This document shows, one piece after another, positions 42,266 through 55,800 of a DNA stretch of 64,000 nt (the stretch's first letter is position 1; each line of letters begins with the position of its first letter). The position numbers and the translations under genes are program-made. The stretch covers positions 6,860,724 through 6,924,723 of the forward strand of contig MU054338.1 in the NCBI GenBank assembly GCA_013239625.1, in the 5' to 3' direction. The notes beneath the pieces are model-generated. The model was not told where the DNA came from. It saw nothing but the letters and a program-made list of their open reading frames with translations, and ran no database searches. Source of the stretch: Lama guanicoe (Eukaryota).

Positions 42266-42886
42266 CAGCAGACTCTCTTTATTCTCAGCGATTATGTTCC
42301 ATAAAGACCCTGCGAATGCTGAATTAGTGAACACTAAATCATCGTTAGATCCCTGCGAGCCTCTGGTCACAAAATTTTTGTTGACCAAACAGTATGCGAT
42401 CTCCTTTTATGAATGTTTCTGTTTAAAACCACCTTATTTAATGTAGGTGGTTGATTCATTAGCACCAAACTCATGGCCAAAGGCGCCCGAAACTTATACT
42501 TGAATGAGGCTTATTGATGAGTTGTGTTTTCTCTAAAAGACATTTTACAGCCTTCTGGCATCTAGACAGCACTCAGCACCGTGCATGGAGCCACTTAAAA
42601 TAGCGAGATCACCAGTAAAAAGCGCGAGAATGTGAAAATTTTGGCACTAAATAGGCGGTGAAAAAGACGCTTGTTTACAGTTACAAGAGCTGAAACAAAA
42701 AAGCAGAGCACAGCAGTGCTGGGTCTCGCTGGGAACCTGCACGTCAGTGACTCAGTTTTTTGCCGCTCTGTGCGTGTCCACGAATGACCACAAAAGCCCA
42801 AAAGTATTGGCTTGGGGGTTACAAATAAACTGTAGTGAGTAGACAAGTTTGACAATGTGGAACCTGCAAATGGTGAGACTCAAGTG
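42266..42886. mobile_element. MER6A-like TcMar-Tigger DNA transposon nested in L1
   Basis: TA-flanked; TTATGTTCCATAAAG...GAATGCTGAATTAGTGAA...CCTGCGAGCCTCTGGTCACAA...GGGGTTACAAATAAA match MER6A as recalled. Confidence 0.7.
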
Positions 42887-43292
42887 CATATACCTAGGAG
42901 TATAAGTGCTGAGTTGTAGGGGAGGAGATATTGCCGAACAGTCTTTGAAAGTTCCAAAGACTCTTCAGAAAGTTTACCAATTTACTCTCCCCGTAGTAGT
43001 GTCTGAGCGTTCCGGTTGCTTCACATTGTCACCAGCACTTGGTGTTGTCTTTCTGTTTCACTTTAGACATTCTTACAGGTGTGGAACGGTATCACATTGT
43101 GGATTTAATTTACATTTCCTGATGACTAATAATATTTAAATACCTTTTCACATGTTTATCTATCACTTGATTATCCCCTTTTGTAAAATGCCAATTGAAG
43201 TCTTTTGCCCGTTTCTCTATTAAAAGGTTTGCCTTTTTCTTGTATTTTGTAAGAATATGTGTTTGTAGATATCCAAATTTTATATCTGTGTT

Positions 43293-43335
43293 TCTATCTA
43301 TCTATCTATCTATGTATCTATCTATCAATCTATCT
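43293..43335. repeat. (TCTA)n microsatellite
   Basis: Direct read. Confidence 0.9.
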
Positions 43336-44004
43336 CATATAAGTTAACATTAGGATATGAGTTCTTTGTTGGACATGGGATTGCAAATATCTCCCCCTAC
43401 TGTGTGGCTTGTCTTTTCAGTCTCTTAATGGTGTATTTGATCAACAGAATTTCTTAATTTGAATGTAGTTCAAGTAATAATTTGTTTCCTTCAAAGTTAG
43501 TGCTTGTCACTGTCCTGTTAGAGAAATCTTTGCCTATCCCGGAGTAATGAAGATATTCTTCTGTATTTACTTCTTAAAGATTTATTGTTTACCTTTCACA
43601 TTTAGATGTACAATCTATCTGGAATTGATTTTTGTATATATGACATGAAGTAAGGACCAACATTTATTCTTTCCCCTCTGAACAGGTCCAGTTGACCCAG
43701 GACCATGTAGATTCTGGAGCCTGACTGTCTGGGATAAAATCCTGGGGGCCTTCAAAAAGTTTCCTTGCACCTCTGTGCCTCTATTTCCTCATTCTAGAAA
43801 GGGGAATTGTAATCCTATCTGCTGCATGGTGCTATTCTGAGGGTTAAATGACTTATTACGTGTACATTGCTGCAAGTGGTACCTAGCTCATGATAAGTAC
43901 TCAATAAACCGGAGCAATTACTGCTATTGTTTCTGACAGTTATGAACTTTTTTCCTCCTGATAATTTTCAGGGCACGGAAAAAAGACTCTTTCCATGGCT
44001 CCTG

Positions 44005-45201
44005 GTCTTAGTATGTTCAGATGGCTATACTAAAATACCACAGACTAGGTGGCTTATAAACAACAGAAATCTATTTCCTACAGTTCTGGAGGGTGTGAAG
44101 TCTAGGATCAAAGTGCTGGCAGATTTGGTGTCTGGTGAGAAACGGTTTCTCAGTGTCTTCATCTTGGTGTCTTCCACCTCATGTGATAGAAGGGAGAGGG
44201 AGCTCTCTGGGGTCTCTTTATTTTTTTATTTTATTGTATTTTAAAAACATTTTTTATTGAGTTATACTCATTTTACAATGTTGTGTCAAATTCCAGTGTA
44301 GAGCACAATTTTTCAGTTATACATGAACATACATATATTTATTGCCACTTTTATTTCTCTGTGAGCTACCACAAGATCTTGTATATATTTCCCTGTGCTA
44401 TATAGTATAGTCTTGTTTATCTATTCTGCATATGCCTGTCAGTATCTACAAATTTTGAACTCCTAGTCTGTCCCTTCCCACCCCCGCCCCCCTTGGCAAC
44501 CCCCAGTCTGTATTCTATGTCTATGAGTCTGTTTCTGTTTTGTATTTTTGTTCTTTTTTTTTTTTAGATTCCACATATGAGTGATCTCATATGGTATTTC
44601 TCTTTCTGACTTACTTCACTTAGAATGACATTCTCCAGGGACATCCATGTTGCTGCAAATGGCATTATGTTGTCGGTTTTTATGGCTGAACAGTATTCTA
44701 TTGTATAAATACACTGCATCTTCTTTATCCAGTCATCTGTTGATGGACATTTAGGCTGTTTCCATGTCTTGGCTATTGTAAATAGTGCTGCTATGAACAT
44801 TGGGGTGCAGGTGTCTTTTTGAAGTAGGGTTCCTTCTGGATGTATGCCCAGGAGTGGGATTCCTGGGTCATATGGTAAGTCTATTCCTAGTCTTTTGAGG
44901 AATCTCCATACTATTTTCCACAGTGGCTGCACCAAACTGCATTCCCACCAGCAGCGTAGGAGTGCTCCCTTTTCTCCACAGCCTCTCCAGCATTTGCCTT
45001 TGTGGACTTTTGAATGATGGCCATTCTGACTGGTGTAAGGTGATACCAGGGTCTCTTTATAAAGACACAAATTCCACACATGAGGGCTCCACCCTTATGA
45101 CCTAATCACCTCCCAAGACTTCATCTTCAAATACCATCGCATTGGGGATTAGGTTTCAACATATGAATTTGGGGGGAACACAAAACATTCAATATATAGC
45201 A
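44005..45201 (-). mobile_element. MaLR solo LTR (MLT1A-like) split by a younger L1
   Basis: AAAATACCACAGACTAGGTGGCTTATAAACAACAGAAAT on the left; TTTCAACATATGAATTTGGGGGAACACAAAACATTCAATATATAGCA on the right. Confidence 0.75.
44222..45048 (-). mobile_element. 5'-truncated, relatively young L1 with the ORF2 C-terminus and 3'UTR
   Basis: ORF 44564..45079(-) reads [10 protein letters not shown]...CWWEC...[12 protein letters not shown]...MFIAALFTIAKTWKQPKCPS...W (L1 ORF2p C-terminus); TSD GGGTCTCTTTAT at 44210-44221 and 45049-45060. Confidence 0.9.
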
Positions 45202-45504
45202 CTCCCCAACATGATGCTTTAAGGTGATGTTGGCGACTGTGAGAAAGGGATATTTGTGGAGATAGATCTACATCAAGATCAGCTGGCATTGGTGATAGCG
45301 TGAATGGAAGAGTAGAGAAAGAGAAGGAAAGTAAGGGGCAGCAGAATCTGTACTTTCTAACTCTGGGTACCTCTGGGCCAGGACCAGGGTGAGGCAAGCA
45401 AGGAACGTAGGGTGCAAAACTTAAGGAAGAATTCATTCTCATTGCAGAGGTCCTTGGGGGAGGAAACCTGCAGGGAAAGTTTTAGGGATGCTTCCCCCTT
45501 TTAA

Positions 45505-46360
45505 ACAGTTTTAATGAGGTATAATTTATATACCATTAAATCCACCTGTTTAAGTGTGTGACTCGATGACTTTTAGTAAATTTGCAGAGTTGTGCAAACA
45601 TCACCCCAATCCAGTTTTAGGATATTTCCATCACTCACAAAAGATCTCTTGAGCCCATCTGCTGTCCATCCCCACTCTCACCCCCAGCTCCAGGCAACCA
45701 CTAATCTTATTTCTTGTTTTTGTTTTTGTTTTTTTTTGTGGGGGGAAGTAACTAGGTTTATTTATGTATTTTTAAATTAATTATTATTATTCTTTTTAGT
45801 GGCGGTACTGGGGATTGAACCTAAGACCTTGTGCATGCTAAGCACACACTCTACCACTGAGCTATACCCTCCCCTGTCACTAATCTTATTTCTATCTCTG
45901 TATATTTGCCTTTTCTGGACATTCTGTGTAAATGAGATCATGCAAAATGTAGCCTTTTGTATCTGGCTTCTTTCACTTAGCAAAATATTGTTGAGATTCA
46001 TCTGTGCTGTAACATAAATCAATCATTTGTTCATTTTTATTGCTGAATGATAGTCCATTGTATGAATGTACCACAGTTTGTTTATCCATTCACCAATTGA
46101 TGAGGATTTGAATTGTTTCATTCATTATGAAAAATGCTGTTATGAATATTCATATACACATCTTTCCGGGAACATATGCTTTCATTCCTCTGGGGTAGAT
46201 GGAATTGTTGGGTCTTATGGTAAGTTTCTGTTGAACAGTTTAAGAAACTGCTGAATTGTTTCTCAAAGTAGTTGCAGCATTTTATATTCCCACTGGCAAG
46301 AGGTTTCTGGTTCTCCACATCATCACCAATACTTGGTACTGCCTATCTTTTTGGTTACAG
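45505..46360 (-). mobile_element. Old L1 (L1MB-like) fragment
   Basis: TTTAATGAGGTATAATTTATATACCAT...GTACCACAGTTTGTTTATCCATTCACC. Confidence 0.75.
45715..45877 (-). mobile_element. tRNA-derived SINE (Vic-1-like) nested in L1
   Basis: GTACTGGGGATTGAACC...CTCTACCACTGAGCTATACCCTCCCC; perfect 16-bp TSD CACTAATCTTATTTCT at 45699-45714 and 45878-45893. Confidence 0.88.
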
Positions 46361-46704
46361 ATTGTTCTGGCGGGTGTCATGTGCTATTAGACCTGTGAAA
46401 CACACAAGCAGAAATGTCCAAGAAGTGGATGGACTTAGGGATTTGCACTCTAGGTGGCGATCTGAGCTGTAGATATACCTTTGGGAGCATTAGCTCTAGA
46501 TTCATTTAGTCAGTCAATCAATAATTTCTTGAGCACCTAATATGTGCCAAGCACTAGTCTAAGCTGTGGGGAGGCAGCTGTGAAAAATACAGACAGGTAG
46601 GTGCCCTTGTGAAGCTGAAAGTCTAGTGGAGCAGAGACTATAAACAAATAAAAGGACAATATAATGTCACACAGTGATAAATGTTGTTTAAAAAATAGAG
46701 CAAG

Positions 46705-46742
46705 AAATTAAATTAAATTAAATTAAATTAAATTAAATTAAA
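46705..46742. repeat. (AATTA)7 microsatellite
   Basis: Direct read. Confidence 0.9.
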
Positions 46743-49586
46743 AAATAGGGCAGAATAAGGGACAAGAGTGGTGGGGGCTGCTATTGTAGATGAGGTGGCC
46801 AGAGGAGGTCTTTCAGGAAACAACAGCCATATCACTCAGAGTCCAGTCGGGGAAGCAAAGCACTCTAGGTGTTTCAAAGAGAGGAAATTTAATATAGAGA
46901 ATTGGTTAAGTGTGAGATGGAAGAGATGAGAAGCCAAACTGATGAGATGATCAGGGAATCCAGGAATAAACCACAGCACAAAGCTGCTGGAGGGACATGA
47001 CAAAAGGGTGGTGTGATGAGAAAGCGGCTCTGTGTGAGAGCTGGGCTCATGGAGGAGACAGAGTCACTGTCAGAACACACTCCTCACTCTAAGCTGAAAA
47101 AGAGAGGAGAAATGCCCTGGCCAATCCCTTCCTCCCACCCTCTAATTTCCCTCCAATGCCTCTCATTGGATGGGCCTAACAGGAAGCCAGTGTGCCAGGG
47201 AACCTGGGAAATGTAGTTTTCTGGAGAAGAGTAGGGCATGACTCTGTTCTACACAATGATAGAACAGAGATATAAATGAAGTAAGGGAACAAAATGCATG
47301 TGTATCTGTGGTAATAGTGTTCTGGATAGAGCAGACAGCCAGTGCAAAGGTCCTGAGGTTGGAGTGTGCCAAATGGAACCAAAACCCTGGGAATGAGTAT
47401 GATGGATGGTCCAGGTATAGCATACAGAATGACAGGGACTAGGGATCTGGGACACATTTAAGAAGGCAGGAGACAGTGATGATGCAGACTTGAAGTCAAG
47501 GGACAAATGGCTTTCAGGAAGGAGGGAATGATCCATGAAGACTTACTTGTGAGAGTGACTGAATGTGGGCTTGGGTGAGGCTGCGAGACCAGGAAGTTGT
47601 AAGGTCACTGGTGCCTTGAGTGAGAGGAGTTTTGGAAGCATACAGGAGCGGGGAGGTGAGGATGCAGAGGCAGCAAGGGCAGATGCGAGTATAGACCACT
47701 CCTTTGGAGGTGCTTGGCTGGGAGGAGCCAGGACAGTTTCCTACATCACCGGCAGTGAGAGAGTGAGAGAACATCGTGGGTTCCAAATTCTCTAAACTGG
47801 GAGGCCTTGGAGCCCAGTGGTTTTGGGGTCTGAAATCAGACCTACCTAGATTCAAATCCTGGACACTCATTTACCTGCTGGGTCACCTTGAGCGGGTTCC
47901 CTCTCCTTTCCGAGTCTAGTTTCCTCACTCATAAATAGGGAAGTTGCTGTACTTTTCATGGGAGGTTGCATCCTCAAGCGTATTTGCAAAGTGTTCAGCA
48001 CTCATAAACACAAGCTGTAGTACAGATGGGCAAGGCGACTTCTCATTGTTTAAAGCTCATTATCAACTGCACATAAGAATAATGGCAGCTACTGTTTGTG
48101 AAACGCTTACCATGTCCCAGACCCCCAGCAAAGTGCTTTACAAGCACCATCTCTCCCCAGTCTCCTCCAGGTCACTCTGCTCCAACCACACTGTCCTCCT
48201 TCTTGTTCCTTGAAGGCTTAGGCTCCTGCCCCAGGGCCTTTGCACTTGGTGTTCTTGGTGTCTGGAACTTTTCCTTCAGATTTTCCAATGGCTCCTTCCC
48301 TCACCTTCTTCAGGTCTCTTCTCAAATGTCTCTTTCCCCAATCAACTTCATTAAAGTTTTCTCCCCTACTTAGTCCATATGCCTGCCCCTTGCTTCCAAA
48401 TTCCTATGTATTTTACCCAGCACCCCCACCCCATCATTGCTGGCTCTCTTGTTCTATAGAATATTCATCTCCACAAAGGCAGGCTTTTTTTGTCTGTTGT
48501 TCATGGTGGCTTGGGACATAGTAGATGCTCAATAAATCCTTCACTTGATGCTCAGGACACCCGAGCCATTTACACGTATTAGGTCCATGGGTCCTTACAA
48601 TCCCCTACTTTGCAGATGAGGAAACTGAGGCAGAGAAAGGTCATTGCTGGAAGTCATACAGGGACACAACCTGCCTCTTGGTGTTGTCAAGCTCAGAGAA
48701 AAAGGATAGTTCAAAGTCCCGACCGCCATCCCTACACCCGTGTTCATTGCTCCTCCCGAGACGAGTCCTCGGTGAGCATCCACGGCCGGGGAAAGGCCTG
48801 AGTCATCGCCGCCTCCAGACGGCGGCGGCCGCGGGCTGAGGGCGACGGCGGCCACAGCCGTGGCGGCAGCGCGAGGTGATGCGGGGACGCCAGGAGGGGG
48901 CGTGAGTGCAGGGAAAACAGAGGAAATTAAAACCCGCCGGGCGATCCTCCTGGCTGCCTCGCCCCCGCCGCCGCCGGCTGGTGCGTGGGTAGGAAGTAGG
49001 GGGCACCGCACTCCCCTCTGCTTGGGAGGGGCGGGCCCCAGAGCTGGTCCCCGGGGTCTGGAGGAAGGTCCGAAGTGTCAGTTCCCCGCCCCCACCCCAA
49101 GTTCAAGTTGTGAGTGGAGACCCGCCTGGGACTTGTCTGCAAAAGGCTAGCTCCGGTCTCAGCCGTCCCGGGTTATAATGCCGCCCTTTGGAGTCATGGG
49201 GGTCCTCCGACTGCAGAAGTGACCCCATTCCCGAACCTTCATCCAAGTAATCGCCTCTATTGGTTCGGGACCTGCCACTCTGGGCTTCCTTCGTCCCGAT
49301 CTCCAGAGTGGTCCTGGTACCGGGGAAGCCCCTTCCCCAAGGGAAAAGAGACCCTTGGCTGCCCTATTCCAGGGAGCGCACCAGAGGCGCCCCCCATGCC
49401 TGGTTTTAGGGAGCCGGGGTCAGTGTCCTAACAGTGGGTGGGTGAGGACTTGTGACTCCAGCCCCCTGCCAGCTTTGGGTGGTCGGGGTGGGGCAGCTGC
49501 CCATTTAAACGAAGGCGGTGCGCTGGGGGCTCTGCGAGGGGCTGCGCGCGGAGGGTGGCCAGGGAATACCTCGCGGCGGGGGGAGG

Positions 49587-49710
49587 NNNNNNNNNNNNNN
49601 NNNNNNNNNNNNNNNNNNNNNNNNNNNNNNNNNNNNNNNNNNNNNNNNNNNNNNNNNNNNNNNNNNNNNNNNNNNNNNNNNNNNNNNNNNNNNNNNNNNN
49701 NNNNNNNNNN
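49587..49710. other. Assembly gap (124 N)
   Basis: Run of N between G-rich flanks. Confidence 0.99.
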
Positions 49711-49915
49711 TGGGGGGGCCGAGGCGGCGCTTTATAAGCGGAGCCCGCCGGGCGCGCCGAGCCGCAGCCCGCGTCCCCGAGCCCCCCGGCCGGCCCGGCC
49801 CCGGCCCCGGCCCCCGGCTCGCGCTCGCGCCCCTGGGGGCGGCTGGGTGGCGAGGGACGGAGCGCCAGGCGGCGGGCCGGAGAAGGGACGCGCGGCGGGC
49901 GGCCGCGGGGCATGA

Positions 49916-50305
<390 letters not shown>

Positions 50306-52414
50306 TAGCCTTGCTCCGGCCCGGGCGGAGGCGGCTAGGGCTGCGGACCTGAGCCTGGTCCGGACTGAGTGGGGCGAAACGGGAGCGGTAGATTCAGGGG
50401 GTTGGGTGGAACCCTGCCCCTGAATGGGGAAGGTCTCCAAGGGTGTCCACCTTCAGGATCTCTCCCTGTTCGTGCCTCAGTGCCTCTGAGTAGTCCCACG
50501 TCTGTCAGTCTGTCTGTCTCTCTCTCTGTCTCTCCCTGTCTCTCTGTCTCTGTGTGTCTCTCTCTGTGTCCCTTTCTCTGTCGGTCTGCCTCTCTGTTCT
50601 TTTTCCTCTGGTTTGCATCTCTGTTTTTCTCTCTGTCTCTATGTTGCGCTGTCTCTGACTTCTTATCTCTTCCTGTCTGTCTCCCTTTTTCTCTCCCCTG
50701 TACCCCCCAACCCCCAGCACCTCCCTCCTCATTACCTGCCTCACCATATGCTGATTTCTTATTCCATGGCTCGCCCTCCATAGGAGGCAGACGAGTCTCA
50801 GAAGGGCAGGAGCAGGGGCTGGGGCTCAGGCTGCCTCCAGACACTCCAGGATTGCTCCTCCTTCCCCCATCCCATCCTGTCCTCCTCCATCACCTCTTTC
50901 CTGCAGCTTCCTTGGCCACAGAACCTCCACTGCAAACTTCCTTCAGCCTCCTCCAGATGTGCCCTTCCCCTCTCATCCCTTCCCCTCTTCATTCTGGTTT
51001 CTGGACTTCTCCCAGTATGTAGAACTGGGATTCATGGAGCTCCCTCTCCCGCTTGATGTTTCCCCAACTTCACCAGCTCCCCTGTTTAGCCTCCAGTGGC
51101 CACCACACTGAAAAGAAAGAGGTCTTTGCTCGCAAGAGTTACAGGCAAGTGGAGGGGTGGGTACCATGTCCTGGGCTCAGGCTTTGTCCAGCCCCTGGGG
51201 GGATTATCACTGGGCCTGGCCCAGGTGAGGGCTTTCAGTCTAAATTCTCCAAATTGAAACCAACATATGACAATGTCTTTCCGTGTGTCTCTCACATCAA
51301 GTGGTATTTTCTGAGTATGTCCTGGTGTGTCAGTCTATGCATGGGTTTTGGTGTGTGTATGGGGGTGTGTCTGAGTGGAGGGTGTGAGAAATTTTATGTG
51401 CTTTGTCAGCATGAGGGTCCAAGTGTATCTGCCTGTGTATGCGAGTGCATCCCAGAATGAGTGTGGGTGTGTCCCTGCGTACTCACTGTGTCTGGGCATG
51501 GATGTGTCTAAGTGTGTATCTGCAGTTGTATGTCCCTGGCTATGAGTTTGTTTATGTGTAGTTGCATGTGTGCATGTAAGTCTGTATACATGAGTCTAAG
51601 ACAGACATCTTGCTGTTACCTTCTGAGTAGGGAGACAGACAGTGTCTCATTGCAATCAGAAGCCAGATTTCCTCCCACCCCCATCTAAAAAGTGTGAGTC
51701 AGTGTAAATGTATGGATGTATTGTGTACAGCACGTGGTGTGTAAATGAGAGCATATGCTATGTCTGGAGGATATGTACCTAAGTGTGTAAGTGCATGTCT
51801 CTAGGTTATGATTCTGTGCATGTGTCTGTGCAATTATACATGTGCTGTTTTGTGTGCATATACATGCAGACATGTATGTCTTTAGAAGTGTGTGCATATA
51901 TGTTGAAATGTGTGTCTATGGATGGGGTGTATGCCTACTTTGTATGCATGTGGGTGTATTCCTGGGTGTATCATGATTTTTCTGTTAAGTGTGAGTGTAT
52001 GTGTACTCAAACTGACCTGTTCTCCACTCTAGCCATCTGTAACTAACAGGATCTTGATCCAATGCTTCCATGAAATCAACCTCTGAAAGCTAATCGTTCT
52101 CCCATCCCTGATCCCCATCCCATCCCTCAGTCTCACTAAGGCTTGCCAGAAGAGCTCTCTGGAGTGAGATGCCAGGGAACTCAGGGTGGAACCTGGGAGG
52201 GGACTGTGACATGAGGGTCCTTTGGGAAGGGTCTTGGGAGTCTGAGAGACATAGGTTGAAATCCAGACTTTACCCCAACTTGCTCTATGACTTGCACTTG
52301 ACTGGGTCAGTGACATCACCACTCTGAGCTGCCATTTCCTTTTCTATAAAATGGGAATGATAATGCCTACATTACAGAACTGTTGTGGGAAACTGAGGTC
52401 TACCATCTAGCCCC

Positions 52415-52800
52415 TCATCCATCCATCCTTCCATCTAACTCTCCATCCACCCAACTTTATAGTTATCCTTTTATCCATTCATCAGTCCATCCATCCATCC
52501 ATCTATCCATTCACCATCCATCCATTCACCCATCCATTCATCCATCATCTATCCAACCACCATCCACCCACCCACCCATCCATCTTTTCATCCTCCTATC
52601 CATCTCTCCATCCACCTCCCTACTCATCTATCTTTCCATCCACCCATTGTCCATCATCTGTCCCTCCATCCGTCCTCTCATGCACTCATCCTTCCATCCA
52701 TCCATCTCTCTATTCATGCATCCACTTATCCCCCCATTCATTATCCATCTTCCAACCATCTCTTCATCTGTCCTTCATATATCCATCCTTCCATCTATTT
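52415..52800. repeat. Degenerate (CCAT)n simple repeat
   Basis: CCATCCATCC runs; source of the spurious HPSI-rich ORF. Confidence 0.9.
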
Positions 52801-55800
52801 TGTTTATGCAACAAAATTGTTGAGTGCCTCCTGTATGTCAAGTATGTATATGCTTGAAAGTCCCAGTTGAGTGCCTGACATAGTAGATCCTCTGTTAGTG
52901 ACAGGACTCTGAGTCAGATGAATCTGGGTTTCAATTCTGATCCTGCAATTTACTAGTGGAATGACCTTGGGGGGAATTATTTAATCTCTCTAAGTTCCAA
53001 TATCCTCATTAGTCAAAGAGAATTCAGAGTCCCCATTAAACCATGAAATCCATAAGGACATCTGTGTTTTACTCACTATTGAACCCTAAGGTCTGATGCA
53101 TAGTAGGCCTACAACAAATATTTGTCAAGTGGCTGCATCAACAATGATATCTTCTTAAGGATTCATGGATTCCGCCTTCAAATAGACACAAATGGCTGGG
53201 TGCATAGTAGGTATTCAGTAAGGAGGGACTGCTTTGTTTGCTATTGTAGCCAAACACATAATAGGCATGGAGTAAATATTTGTTGTGTCTAAATCAACAA
53301 TTCACCTTCCGAAGGATTGGGGAGAACAAATGGAAGTGAGTGGTTATGGGGAAGGTGCACAGCAAGGAGGAGTTGTAAGAAGGTGTAGAGCACCAACAAG
53401 GGGAAGCTGAGGGGTTCAGGAACCCAGGTGGTGAGCATTCACAGTCATGAGACAGATGGTTGGTTGCTGGTATTTGACTTACAAAAGGACCTCAGTGAGG
53501 TGAAGGTGAGCCCAGACCCTCTGGACATTTTTGTCTTTGGCTTCCCCTCTCCAATTTGATTGGAGAAGCAGCTTAGTATTCTAAGATATTCTGACCATCT
53601 CTGGAAGGGGAGGGAGCGAGGAGGAAGGTGCCACTGCTGCTACCTTTGGCCAACCCCCAGCCATAAAGCATCCCTGTGGGACGGGAGCCTTCAGTGGAAT
53701 GGCTCCTCACCTGAGGGTCATAAATTCTGAACCAGACTAAGAACTGTCAGCCCCATGGCCAGCGGCTGCCATCATTATGGCGCCTAAAGTGAGTTACCTG
53801 CATCTTATATATTATGCCCTTGTCCATCCCCTTCTTCTTAAGGGCTAGACAGAAGGAAGGGATATGGGGGAGGGATATTCTGTTTGGAGGAGGACCCTTT
53901 TCCGTGTAAGAGGAATGAGGAGGGTCTGAGCAGCTATCCGCAAAAGACTCTGCAGACTTCCCCTTGAAGAACCAAAGCTCAGAATCTATGTCTTTCTTCA
54001 ACAGTTTTCTTGGGGGAGAGACCCCCGACACTCAGTATCAGGCAAGAAAGCAAGGTTACATGTGCTAACAAGCCACCTCACACTGTAGTGGTTTAACAGA
54101 GCACAGGCTTATTTCCTGCTTGCGCTGTATATGCGCTGTTGGCTAGAGAGCTCTGTCCATGGTAGTCACGCAGGGACCCAAAATGATGGAGGCTCTATGG
54201 TGCCATGATCATTGAAGAAGGGAAAGGAAGGCACAGCAAATCCCCTGTCAGCTCCTAAAGCTCTTCCCTGGAAGTGACATGTTACTTCTGCTCACATTTC
54301 CTTGGCCAACACAAGTCACATGGCATGCTTAGCCTCAAAGAGTGTGAGGGCCACTTAATGCCATAGTGGCCCTAACTATGACCTGGATAGAGAGGAGTGG
54401 CCAAATATTTGTGAACAACCCTAAATATTGCTCCACTCTCCTGATCCCTCCTCCTCTTATTCTACTACAAGAATTCTCTTAGAGGATATCTCCATTCATT
54501 CATCCATTCACTCACTCATTTATTCAACAAATATTTATTGAGCACCTACTATGTGCCAGGCACTATTCTAGGTGTCAGGGGTATGACAGTGAACAAAACA
54601 GACAGATATCCCTGTCCTCGTGGAGCTGGCATTCTAGGGCAGGAATGGGGAGAAATAAATAAGTATACAGATAAATCTGTAATATTCCAGGTGGTGATAC
54701 TTGTGCTAGAAACAAATATAGAGCAGCATAAGGGGAGTGGAGAGTGATGGGGGGACTATTTTAGATTGAGTTGGCCTCTCTGAGAAAGTGACATTTGAGC
54801 AGAGATCTGGAGGAAGGACGTAGAGGGAACAGCACATGCAAGGGCCCTGAGGTGGGAATATGCCTGAAATGTTGGAGAAACAGCAAGGAAACCAATGTGG
54901 CTGAAGCAGAGCGACTGAGGGGAAAAGTGAAAGGCAGGGAGGTGGTGGGAGGCACATCATGTTTGGGGGAGAGGAACTTGCAGAGGTTTTAGATTTAGCC
55001 TGTAACTTCTCATGCATTCCCTGCCCTCCTTTCATGCTTTCCTTTTCTCCATTGTACTTCCAACCTTTTAATATACGTGGTGTAGTTAACTTATTTATTT
55101 TGTTGTCTGATTCTCCCCACTGTAATGTCAGCTCCCTGAAGGCAGAGATTTTTCAAAAATCAATTTTTAATGTTGTAGCCCCAGTGCCTAACTCTGGGCC
55201 CAGCACAGATTCGGTGTTCAATACTTGTTAAGTGAATAAATGGGATACCAGGAAGGGTGCTGAGCAGAGGAGCAGGCATGGGGCTTGACTCAGGTGTTCA
55301 CAGCTTCTCTCTCGCCCCTGTGGGGAGGACAGACTGTGGCAGGTGAATGCAGGAGCTGGGACACCAGGTTGGAGACCACAGCACAGGCCCAGGTGAGTGA
55401 TAATGGGGGCTGGACTAGGGTAGGAGCCAAGGACTCTACCCAAACCCATATTGTGGGTTTGACCCACACCCGCCATATTCACCTGCTCCTAATTGTGGGT
55501 CTCCAGCCTCTGCTCAACATATGAGGAAATATTTATTGAGCATCTACTTTGTACTGGAAAGGGTCCTAGACTATGGAACATGGAGGTGACTTCAATCAGA
55601 TCACAGTCTCATCAGCACTACTTGCGACGTGACATGGTATGTGTGGTGATAAAGATATATCTGGAATATCATGGGGGGCACAGAGGAGGGGCACTGAAAT
55701 CAGCCAGGGTGTGATGGACGTTTCCTGGAGGTGGTGTTACTCAAACTCAAGAAGGAATTGGCCACGTGAAGACAGAGCAAGGACATCCCAGGCAGAAGGA

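Larger units (their letters stand above)
41745..43700 (-). mobile_element. Very old L1 (L1MC/ME-like) fragments
   Basis: TCACATTGTGGATTTAATTTACATTTCCTGATGACTAAT; TTGCAAATATCTCCCCCTACTGTGTGGCTTGTCTTTTC. Confidence 0.6.

Noticed and set aside
44564..45079. 171-aa ORF as a host gene
   Set aside because: It is the L1 ORF2p C-terminal remnant in a 5'-truncated, TSD-flanked L1.
50335..52823. ORFs of 146-217 aa (RDRE-, SLS- and HPSI-rich)
   Set aside because: Translations of CT-rich and CCAT simple repeats.
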